Assembly: GCA_002269645.1 (NCBI GenBank)
Contig: NIVC01002013.1
Span: 1 to 64,000 of the forward strand
DNA length: 64,000 nt
From: Macrostomum lignano
Taxonomy: Eukaryota
Direction of reading: 5' to 3'
Part shown: one piece after another, positions 23,501 through 35,500 of the stretch
Layout of the letters: every line of letters begins with the position of its first letter
How positions within the stretch are numbered: position 1 is the first letter of the stretch
Program-made: the position numbers and the translations under genes
The notes under the pieces: model-generated
Databases searched by the model: none
What the model was told of the DNA's origin: nothing
What the model saw: only the letters and a program-made list of their open reading frames with translations

Positions 23501-26500
23501 CAGGGATGGCTCCTTAAAGGATCAATTGAAGTAGACCACACGCTACCTGAAAGTGCTGCTAGTGGAAAATGCACGAATTCGTCGGGAAATCGGCGCGGCA
23601 CTGCCGCTACACCAGATACCAGAAATTTTCGTCCAATGTGGCGACGCTCACTACCGAAGCGTCAAGAATGAGGATCTCTGGGTGTCTTAAACGGCAGTAC
23701 GTGCAGCTCGTTCGGCGCCCGTGGTGCAGAGTGGGTGACCCCGGCTTCCGGGTGCGGAAGAAGAAACCTTTAAGCCGCGCTATGCGAGCCGAAGGCTGGC
23801 TCTCTGAGGCGACCCTTACCCCGACGAAGCCTGAGCTACCCACGGGCTAGAACTAACGCCAAAAAACGCGTGGGCGCGGACCAGGGACTTCTTAAGCTAG
23901 CACCGGGACACACAAGGTATGGCTGTGAGCCACGGTTTCCCTGCAAGATAAGGCCGGTTTTTTACAGGGGGCATGGAGGAAATGCACAGACTTGCTTTGT
24001 CCGCTTGCTTATATACTTCGAATAATAGAAGGAACTTCCTTGATCCGTTTTCATTTTGCTTGTGGCCCTTACAGAAATAATATTTTTAGTGAACTTACAT
24101 TTGCATTAAATAAGTATTAAATTTAAGCATGGTCAACAAGTGCTCTGCAGTCGGATGCAAAAGTGGATACACAAGTTCTGCACTGCTGAAACTGTTACAT
24201 TCCATTCTTTTCCACTGAACGACCGAATATTGCTAGAAAAGTCGAAGAAATCGATTCCCAATCAAAACTTGGAGCCAACGAAGTACATGCGAATTTGCTC
24301 ATTGCATTTTTCGCAGCAAGATTTCATTGAAGCGTCTCGGGACTCCTTTGGCATTTAGTGCAAGAGGGACAGCAGCACGCTTAAAAAGCGATATCTGAAA
24401 CCCAATGCTATGCCTACGATTTTTCCCAATGCAGCAAGGTATCTGTCAACGCCTCGACAGCCAGCGCAAAGCACGTGTTCAGCGACATCCTCTGCTCGAC
24501 TCGACTTGGACAACATGCGTCTTCAGAGTGAGATCAACGATTTTTTGTTGAAGACTCAATTCTCGATCGCACACCCGTGGAGATTCAGGAGTTGCTCGAT
24601 GCAGAGTAGAGCCCACCTGCTCGATTTCACCACAGCATCTGCGACGGCCAGTTGTGTATTTACATGCTGGATGTGAAGCCAGTCTGCCGGATCACCTGTT
24701 CCATCTGCATTGACTCCGATCATAAAGTCCCTTAGAAAGTCCCTTAAAGTCGATCTTAAAATATCGGTATCAACGGTTCCCCGCTGTCGAAGGACAAGGT
24801 GACTGACTTTGCTCGTAACGAAGGCATGATTTCTACGAGTACTATTAGTGGGCTGCTGAATCTTATGGCAAAGGTAAAGAACTGGAAGGAAAACACTAAT
24901 CTGTCTGAGTCGCCTGAGCAGGCTAACGGCTTCCTCGACTTGGCAGAGGATAGCCTAACAAATGTGCTCGAACGGAAAGAAGACAAATCTGTGGCAGCAG
25001 CTACAGCTCAGTAGGACTAAAAAGGCAGCAAGAGTCTACTCTCAAGAGCTAATAGTTCTAAGCTATATGATTTACTCTATCAGCACCTCCGCTTACAATG
25101 CTCTGTGTGAGCAAGAAGTTATTCACCTCCCGTCAGTGAGAACGCTGAAAAATATCACCAGACGAGTCGGACGGGATGGATTGAGTCGCCACGGCTACCT
25201 GCGCCTTCGAGCAAGTAAGCTGCTGACTCAAACGGTGAAAGTGGTGCTGCTAATGGTGGATGAGATTTACATAGCTAACCGAATCGAATACTGCGCCGGG
25301 CAATTACGCGGAGTCGACGAATGCGGAGCGATAGCTACCACGTACTGCTGCTTAATGATTAAGTCCATTGCTGGGAAGTACAAGGACATGGTAGCAATGC
25401 ATGCTGTGGCCAACTTAACAGCCAATAAGCTTCACACTTGGTTTTAAGATGTGATGGAACTGCTGCCAGCTTTGAATTTTACTGTGATTGCCGTCTCACT
25501 TGACAATGCTGCAGTCAATCGTAAATTCGCCACTGACTACATCTGCGACGGAGAGCTCAAGACCTCGGTCATCGACAAAACCACGGGTCAGCCGATGTTC
25601 GTTTTCTTCGATCCTGTGCTCAACCTCAAGAACATCTACAACAATTTCCAATGTCCAGCCTTTCCACCTGTTTTGCTGCGCACTTGTGAGGCACAGTTTC
25701 AGCACATCACTGATTTGTACAACATCGAAGCCTGCAAAACAGTGCGACTAGCCCACAAGTTGAGTTCAACTGTAATCAGCCCCGAAGCATTGAAAAATCA
25801 TCCGCGAAGTTGGCAGCGGCGATTTTTTTCGAGTCGACACGCGACGCGCTCAAGTACTACTCCGATCACGAAAGAAAGAACTGGACCGACACCGCAGAAT
25901 TCATCGGCGCTGGGCTTAAGCTCTGGAAAATTCTTAATGTCAAGACGGCATCAAAAGGCCGGCGAAAGCGCGACATAAATCAGGATCATGTGCGGTCATC
26001 TCTCGACTGGAAGCTTCAGTATCTGGAGGAATTCAGCGAGTTTTTTCAGGTGAGGAAAATAGAACATACATGTACTTACAACCAAAATAGGCCAAGTAGA
26101 GTAGAGTAGAGTATATATAGTATAGTTTACTTAAAAACGTACGTGTTAGTATAGCAAAAGTATATGGCAAGAAAAAAAGCCAGTTTAAAATCCTTTTTAT
26201 CTCATACACATAATTTCAGTCTTGGAAAACTTCCGGCAGCCGCGGCTTGTCCAGGAAGACCTTTCTGGCTTGTCGCCAACCTGCCGAGCTATCGCTGCCT
26301 GCGCGAGGCAACTTCTGGACCGTGAAGACTTTTCCTACGTCCTACTCGGCGCCCTGCAGTCCGACAGCATCGAGAGCAGATTCGGTTGGCTTCGCCAGAT
26401 GTCTGGAGCGAACTATTGCATTTCGGCCAGGCAGCTCTCCGAGAACAACCGGAATATCGCAGCTATCAGTTTGCTCAATTTCTCGCAGTTTTCGTTCCAA

Positions 26501-29500
26501 GATATTGACCGTGCAATCGCCGAGTCGACTTATTTTCCTGATGTTATGTCCAACATGAAGAAACTGGCTCAGGAGATCGCAGCGAAAATGGAGATGACTT
26601 TTCAGCCCGGAGAATCCGACTGCACTGTCATCTACTACATGAGCGGCTGCATCGCAAAGAAGCTTCTGCAGAACAGGCGTGGCTGCGAGTCCTGCCGGGA
26701 GCTTTTGCTTGAGTCAGATTTTCTGCCTCCTCTTAAAGCAGATGCTCCGGTCCAGTCCGCTGCCTCCAATTTTATTGATGAGATCAATCGCGGCGGGTTG
26801 TCCAAGCCGGCTGCAATTGTTTTCAATCTCGCAAGCCACTGTCGGAGAATTTTTGAGGAGATTCGACAGAGAGAAACACTGCGAAGCCAGCTGCTCTGCG
26901 CTTCGAGCCAGGTGCTGCTGTTCTCCAACCTCGTGGACGAGCTGATGGAGGATGATATCTTCATGGAAAGCTTCTTTGGTCTCACTATCTGTTCTCAAGG
27001 CCACTGCATCAAGGGCGGCGTTGTCAGGTTCTTCTTTAACTTGATGATGAAGAACCTGTCGAAGGACTTGTCAGCAGCGAGCACCGCTGCCAGAAGAAGT
27101 AGGAAGCTAGCGAAGCTTTCCAGCCTGTGCACGGACAAGTAAGGCAATGATCATATCATATTCATAGGAACTGCATTAATGGACATTTTCTTAATTACTA
27201 TGCTGTCAAATGTAGCTCATAGGTTAAAAGCTACCTGGAATTACCTTATGCTTTTTGGCACTTATGCACATTTCTGAATTAAAATTTCAATTACCACAAA
27301 GTTGCTGGATAGATGATGTTTTACTGCTAAAATGAAAACTGCGTTGCGATTGAAATTGCTATAAAATGTACTGAAAATTGCTTACTTGCTCTGAATTAAA
27401 CGCTTTTATCTACTAAATTTTACTGAATAAATCAATAAGAAATTATAAAATATACGTGAATAAGCTTCTATTTATCCAAATAACCATTTTTGGAAAGCAA
27501 ATGCAAGCATATTATAGAAAATCGCATAAAATATCCACTAGCGTGCGTATCACTTTTGCAAAATACAGCCACGCACATTTGGCCAAAACCGGCCTCATCT
27601 TGCAGAGGGTAAAAAACCTTGCGTGTCCCGGTGCTAGCTTAAGACCCGTGTAGAAGTCAGAGCGAGTGACTCCTTGGAGGTAGCGAGTACTTAGCGGGAA
27701 AACCACCGAGTAAATCAACTTTTTTTACACGGTAGCGCGTTTTTGCCAATTTTGTGACTCGCTACCAAAAAACGCGCTGGCTCACGGTCAAATACGCGGT
27801 GGTTTTCACGGTGGGAGCTCTCTCGCTGCTTGACTCGGTGGCCAACTCGCTAGCCGCTTCACTCACTCGCTCATTCTCTCGCTAATTCTCTCGCTTGTTA
27901 ACAACGTTGTCTCGCTCATTCTCTCGCTTGTTGTCTCGCTCATTCTCTGGCTCATTCTCTCGCTTGTTGTCGCGCTCATTCTCTCGCTTGTTGTCTCGCT
28001 AATTCTCTCGCTCATTCTCTCGCTCATTCTCTCGCTTGTTGTCTCGCTAATTCTCTCGCTCATTCTCTCGCTTGTTGTCTCGCTAATTCTCTCGCTTATT
28101 GTCTTGCTTGTTGTCTCGCTAATTCTCTCGCTTGTTGTCTCGCTAATTCTCTCGCTCATTCTCTCGCTTGTTGTCTCGCTAATTCTCTCGCTCATTCTCT
28201 CGCTTATTGTCTTGCTTGTTGTCTCGCTAATTCTCTCGCTCATTCTCTCGCTCATTCTCTAGCTTGCTGTCTCGCCAATTCTGTCGCTTGTTGTCTCGCT
28301 AATTCTCTCGCTTATTGTCTTGCTTGTTGTCTCGCTAATTCTCTCGCTTGTTGTCTCGCTAATTCTCTCGCTCATTCTCTCGCTTGTTGTCTCGCTAATT
28401 CTCTCGCTCATTCTCTCGCTTATTGTCTTGCTTGTTGTCTCGCTAATTCTCTCGCTCATTCTCTCGCTCATTCTCTAGCTTGTTGTCTCGCCAATTCTGT
28501 CGCTTGTTGTCTCGCTAATTCTCTCGCTTATTGTCTTGCTTGTTGTCTCGCTAATTCTCTCGCTTGTTGTCTCGCTAATTCTCTCGCTCATTCTCTCGCT
28601 TGTTGTCTCGCTAATTCTCTCGCTCATTCTCTCGCTTATTGTCTTGCTTGTTGTCTCGCTAATTCTCTCGCTCATTCTCTCGCTCATTCTCTAGCTTGTT
28701 GTCTCGCCAATTCTGTCGCTTGTTGTCTCGCTAATTCTCTCGCTTATTGTCTTGCTTGTTGTCTCGCTAATTCTCTCGCTCATTCTCTCGCTTGTTGTCT
28801 CGCTAATTCTCTCGCTCATTCTCTCGCTTATTGTCTTGCTTGTTGTCTCGCTAATTCTCTCGCTCATTCTCTCGCTCATTCTCTAGCTTGTTGTCTCGCC
28901 AATTCTGTCGCTTGTTGTCTCGCTAATTCTCTCGCTTATTGTCTTGCTTGTTGTCTCGCTAATTCTGTCAGTGTACAAATAATATATTAATAATAATAAT
29001 TATTATATCGAAATATATATTTTAAAGTGCGCAAATATTAACGGTGTGTCCTTTCTTTATTTTTACAGTACTCATTTCTGTTTTTTGAAGTTACCTTAAT
29101 TTAGCATTTAGCATTTAGATTAGTGCTTAATGTAAGTTCTGCAATTCTGAACTCCCTTCAATTAGGTTGAATTTTATATTTATGACCGGGTTCACTGATT
29201 AGTCTTGGAGCCCTACCTATTAGGCCTTAGCACCGTCGGTAAACTGGAAATGAATAGACCAAGAGACTCACTGACTATTCCAGAGTAAATGCCTGAGGAT
29301 AAATAGGCACAAGGATAAATAGGATAGCAAATATTATCCTAAATAAGGATAATAGGAATCAAGACGCCTGCGCCTGCTAAACCAGCGAGCCATGCGCTCC
29401 CTGGCTCAGCTCGCTGTAGCAGAGCAACAAGCGGAGCAGCAGCCAAGGGCCCGGCGGGTCAGAGGAACTCCCCAGCAGGCTGCAGTAGCTGAAGCTGCCC

Positions 29501-32500
29501 CTGCTCCCCAGCAGGCTGCAGTAGCTGAAGCTGCCCCTGCTCCCCAGCAGGCTGCAGTAGCTGAAGCTGCCCCTGCTCCCCAGCAGGCTGCAGTACTCGA
29601 AGCTGCCCCTGCCGACAATGACGTCTTCATGTACGTTTCAGACGGCGACACTATTTACGAGGAAGAAGGCGACGAAACGCGCTCCTTTCCTGATGTCTTT
29701 CAAGACGCTGATGTTGACGCCGCTGCCATCGATGATCAGGAGGAGTATGTCCCATACCAGCCTGCTGACGCAGCGGGGGACAACTTCATGGACGGTGAGC
29801 TTGACGTCGCCGATCTGGAAGAAGCCATTTTCGGTCCGCGACCGGCCACTGACGATGACGATAGGAGAGGAGGCTACGGAGTGGATGGAGTTCCTACCAG
29901 GTATGTGATTGAATTGTGTTTCGACTACTCACGACGTACTTTTTACTTTGTACATATGCATCATATGTACTATAACTATATATTAACTAGATTCTATTAA
30001 CGTATATACTCCTCTATAAAGTTACTATGTACACACCACTTACCTATCACAGGTTGCGTCCCGACACCGTCGCATATCCCGGCGCCAAATACACGCATAA
30101 TGGCATTGCGGTCCTGGCCTCCATTTTGGTCGACCGATACAGTCTGCCTCAAACGTTTTTGAACGACCTGCTGATTTACACAGGCGAGATTCTGCCCGCG
30201 GGCAGCGTCTATCCAAAGACTGCCTTCGTCTGCCAGAACATCTTCCGCGGAGCATCCGCTCAACGGCGGCAGTTCTGCCCCCGCTGTAGTGTCGAGGTGT
30301 CGAAGGCAGATGTCGAAGGTGAGGTAGCATGCAGAAACTGCGCACTATTGCTCTCAGCTGGCATTGTCAGCAACTTCTGGTGCTTCAACATAAGGCGACA
30401 AATTCAGCAGCTGGTTGAGCACTCCCATCTGCTAGATCATGTCACCTTTCCGGTGGACCAACCCGCAATGCCTGGTTGCCTACAGCTGGGATCAAGTGCG
30501 GAGTATATGCACTTTAAGCGCAGCATTCCGCTACATGATCGGCAGGATTTGTCATACACCGTTAATATCGACGGATTCCCCCTGTTCATCAATTCAAGGG
30601 GAGAAATGTGCCCAGTTTATCTCGTCATAAACGAAATAACGGAAGAAGCGCGGAAGCCGAAGCTAATAGTCATCTGCGGCCTCTGGGCAGCTTGCAAGAA
30701 GGTAAAGGCCGTTGCTTTCCTTCCGTGGCTTGTCGCGGAGCTGAACGATTTGCGCCGCGACGGCGTGAAGTACAGCACTGGAGGAGATCTTGCGGGTACG
30801 ACGCCGGGTGTCCTGCGCCTACATCCGCTCCTTTTTGTAATGGACGCACCTCAGCGAGCTGAAGTGATGTGCCTTAAACGTCATAACTCGGTGCACGGCT
30901 GTGACAATTGTTACAGCGTCGCTGTGTTCCGCCGAGGCGCGCCACGCTTTCTGTATGACGATGGCGGCGAGGGTATTGCTAAGGCCACGGAGGCGGGATG
31001 CACCCAGACCAGCGTGCGAAACTTAAGTGACACGCTGATGCTCGCCAATGCTGTTCCAAGAGGACGGGACAATTTGCTGGGAGTGATGGACGTATCCAAG
31101 CTCCTGCACTTAAACGGCTTCGACTACATGCACGGGTGTCCACCCTGTTTGCTGCACCAGGGCTACCTGGGTGTGGTGAAGTGGAAGTGGACCCAGCTGT
31201 TCCACCCGATGAAGAAACCGGACCCAATGGCACGTAGCCCTGATCTGTCGGCAAAGGTCGCCGACATTGATGCAGCGGCGTCGCGAGTTCACGTTCCGCT
31301 TGACCACCAGCGTGCACCCCGCACCTTGCGTGAGGTCCTGATGTTCCGTGGCCACGAGTTTCAGACCTGGCTACTTGTGTACGGTCCAATGACGTTGGAG
31401 AGTGTATTTACTGCGGCGAACGCACTAAATTACTATCATCACCTCCTACTCCTAGCGGCGCCGCTCTTCTGGATGACATTCGAGGGTGCGCCGCTGACCG
31501 AGGTCCATGCAGCTGAGGTCTCTCTGCTCGATTACCATCGGCTTCTGGGCGCAATGTACTCCGACGCTGCGATGACGTACAACGCACATCAAGTGTGCAG
31601 GCACCTAGGTAATCAGAGAACTATATTGTCTATATGTAGAACTATTCTCTACTAATACCTAGTTCTAGATCATCCTTGATCGAAACGCAATATTGCAGTA
31701 CTAATATGTATTCGTACGTACTAATTGGCTGAACTGTCGCCCATATTTGCTTTTTAACGCCCAAACTCCTTATTAGGAATGTACGCCGAGTTGTACGGGC
31801 CGCTGTGGAGGCTTTCTGCTGGGCTTTTCGAGTCGGCACACTGCGCCATGCGACGTCACATTCACGGTACTCGCCGCGTGGACGTGGAACTGGCGGGGAT
31901 TCTGCAACGCCAGTTTGAGCGCCGTGACATGCAGGCCCGTCTGAAAATCAGCAATCCATTTGACTTTGAGAGAGACACTGACGTTCGCACTGCAGACGGG
32001 TGTGTCCTCCGCGAGTCGCGGACCACTATGGCCGACGCCGGGGCTCGGGCATTCGCCAGTGCCACCTTGAGCAGCGGTACGCGAATTGCTGTGTATCAGC
32101 CAGGTATGCGAAGGCAGAAAATTGTTTCCTGCTTTGTTGCCTACAGCGTGGACCAGCACCGCCGTGACTTGTTTGAATTTGGTCGAGTGGAGGGAATTTA
32201 TGTCCGTGATTTGAGCACCACTGTACTGTTGCGCCGTCTACCGACAAGGTCCCTGCTGCAGAACGAGCACCACTTGCTGCATTTGTTGGGGATCGACTCC
32301 AACCGTGGCTGCCGATTCTCGCACGTGCGTCGAATCTACGTGGATCCGTTCGGACCACTGTCGCCATTTTATTTCGAGGTGCCTGCATCTAGCATTCTGG
32401 CCGCCTGCTGCGTGAACGACACAAAAGTTGGCTTCCTACCTCATCGTCAATATTCATTTGCGGCTTGAATTGACATGAAGTTATGACTCTATAATATACG

Positions 32501-35500
32501 AGTATATTCGTGTTCCATTTTTTACCTGTTGTCGGTTGTTTCTGTAAACCCTAATTACTACGAGTAGTACTATAGTACTATACGTACTGTAAGTTACTGC
32601 ACTGTACCTGCTAGATTGCTGAACCGCTATAACAATGACATTGTCAGTAAATGTATACATATGTATATTCATGAATATTAAAAAATTACATAAAGTAATG
32701 AAATTAGCTGCAGCGACCGTAACGCGACTTCGGCTTGAACAGAAGTTATTTCATTCACCATTTTTATCAGTACAGCGACTACTCGTTTGATAGGTTATTG
32801 AAGACCCAAATCCTCCTATATTAAATATAATTACCCTCAGTAGTTTAGCTGTCGAACAAGTAGAGTAGCTTCAGGGCCATCCGGGTAGATAAATCGACGG
32901 GTATCTTCTTAATTAAGTCATCGTTTCAGAATTATTAATTATCCGTCCCATAACAATGTGAACTCTGTATATACTCGCCTGTACCCCGTAAGACACCCGT
33001 CTCTCATAAGCGAATACGTTGTGTGCACTGTATCTTAAGGAGGGAAAATATACTATGCAGATATCATGGACGTTTCAGCTTGCCTGAATGGAGCCCAAGA
33101 CTCCCTGGCTGTCTAAAAGGTCTCCCGCGGGCGCTAAGTGGCGCCACCGCAAACATCGGAGTCGCATAAAAATATAATAAATTTCTATAAACTCGACAAA
33201 ATCGAAACTGACAACGGCCCAGCGCCAAAAAGAAGAAAAAATTGGCTTTCGAAAGACCCTGAGCCAATCGAGAATGAATGGCTCCGCGAAATGGTCGCAA
33301 AGCAGCGAGTTTCGCATCTGGCCGGCGCTGCAGATGTGTCTAGGGCCGGCGCTGCCGATGCTGACCAAGCAGCCAACCTAGAATTAGAAGCCAGATGCCA
33401 CGCCGCAGTGGCGCAAGCTGAATTGGCTATTCAGGTGCAGTTTTATAATTAATTACTCTTATAATGGATTACATGCACATCTGATGTGTGATTAATGCTT
33501 TTCTCAACCCTTTCATGCCGATGTAGGAATTAAATATGGCAGCGGGCCAGCAGCAGGAATTGCTGGCCGCGCAGCAGACTATTGCGTCGCTGGAGGCCAG
33601 CCTTCAAGCCCACCAACGACGAGCAGCTGCTGCACGGCGACACCTACGCGCGGCCACCCGTAGTGGTATGCCCATCCGGCCGCTAAGACGGGTGCTACGG
33701 GTGTTGGAAATGCCCGTACGAGACTAGGCGCCTAGCCGAAGACGCGATGGCTGCCATCGCCGGTCGCGAGGCCGCGGCGTCGAGCACCGCTCAACCGGTG
33801 GTGATGCACCACCGCCCTGAGACGTGCCCCCGCTGCACCAGCCTCCTCTCTGAGGCGGCGCAATTGCGCAGCAGTGTTAACGATTATGAGGCGCGCCTAG
33901 AACGACTATCAGCGGCTTCGATAACGGCGAGAAACGAAGAAATGGCACGCAGCGACGAAATTCAACTGCTGAAAGACGAGCTCGTTGCAGAGCGGCGCAA
34001 CAGCGACCGTCTGAAAAAAGGAATAGCTTATTGCTCGAAACGGTACGTTCGAGCTACGAGCAGTTGCGCACCGTCAGCAGCTACCTGACTGAAATTGACA
34101 GGGAGGCAAAAAAGTCTGCCGTCAGCAGCAGCAAAATTTGCAGCCTCGTCAAGGACGTTGGCCTTTGGGCGACACAGCAGGTGTTACCATCGCCATCAGG
34201 TGCCCCAGATGCTGTGGATGCTGCGGATGCTGCAGAGTCTGCGTCGCCACCCGGCTTAGACGCCGAGCTCGAACAACTTGAGTCTGGCCACAGAGTGACC
34301 TCGGCCCAGCTTAAAATGGCCCTCTCCGCCGCTATGACCGCGTCCGCCAACTCCTCTGCCGCCGTTGCAAGCAGCAGCAGCCTCTTGCCAAATTTGGGTG
34401 CTGTCGCGGCACGTACGTCGTCGTTTTCGCCGAGTGGTACCAGAAGCACAGATTGCAGGCAACTGGAGCTACCCTTCATCGAGGGGTACAGCGACATTGT
34501 GACGACGAAAGCAAACTGCGACAAGCTGGCGGATCTAGTTGATGCCTGCACGGCAATGCCGAAAGCGCAGAAGGAGAAAATGGCGCTGTATCGGGCAATT
34601 TTACGCGCCGTTTTTACAGCGCAGGAGCTGGCCACGTCGTCATGGTCGGGGAGAGCTGTCGAAAAAGGCGACAACCGACCAGAGGCCAACAAGCGCAAGA
34701 AAAGCGCCGTTCTGGCTTTTCTTAAAGACAACAACCTAATGGTCACTGACGAAAGTGACCTGGCGACCTGTTACCGTGCTGTCGCGCGTTTGGAGCGCAA
34801 CAAGCTCGAAGACTAGTCGAAGTCAAACGGTAAGTCACGCGGAGGCCGATCAGTTACTGCGGCCGTTGTCCGCGGCGACGGCAACGAAGGAGAAGCCGAG
34901 GCCGGGCAGCGCAGCGGCCGTTGTCCGCGGCGACGGCAACGCGGGCGAGACGCCGACGACAGGCAGCGCTGCGACCATTGTCCGCGGCGACGGCAACGCG
35001 GGCGAGACGCCGACGGCAGGCAGCGCTGTGACCGTTGTCCGCGGTGACGGCAACGCGGGCGAGACGCCGACGGCAGGCAGCGCTGTGACCGTTGTCCGCG
35101 GCGACGGCAACGCGGGCGAGACGCCGACGGCAGGCAGCGCTGCGGCCGTTGTCCGCGGCGACGGCAACGCGGGCAAGACGCAGACGGCAGGCAGCGCTGC
35201 GGCCGTTTTCCGCGGCGACGGCAACGTGGGCTAGACGGTCGGTGCCGGTACCAATTTTTCGGCTTCCGTTATATAGAGAAAGAGCAAGACAGCAATTATA
35301 ACTCTCTGAAAACAAAAACTTATAACTCTTTACTTTCTAGCTACTTTAGAAGAATGCATAACTGCGTAGTACTTTTTGGTTTCGGTAGTTTTCTATAGTT
35401 TTAGTTTTCGAGTAAATCTAAAGTAGTTTTAGTTTTTTTGGCCAAAAAATTTTTGGCAACTGGTCAACTATGAAAAAACAGTAACTGCAAAAAACAACTG

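Noticed and set aside
23891-27643. THAP transposon with an apparent TTAA/CTTAAG TSD (piggyBac- or Kolobok-like)
   Set aside because: CTTAAG is internal to the 37-bp TIR. The true outer tip (AGTCCCTG) was displaced to 37133-37140 by the CACTA insertion.
27863-28879. ([12 protein letters not shown])n ORFs, and the matching ones at 36481-37078
   Set aside because: Translations of the CACTA subterminal arrays.
34755-35234. RGD-repeat adhesive protein
   Set aside because: No credible start or signal peptide, all frames are open because of the GC-rich 60-bp repeat, and it overlaps the end of the BEN-like ORF.
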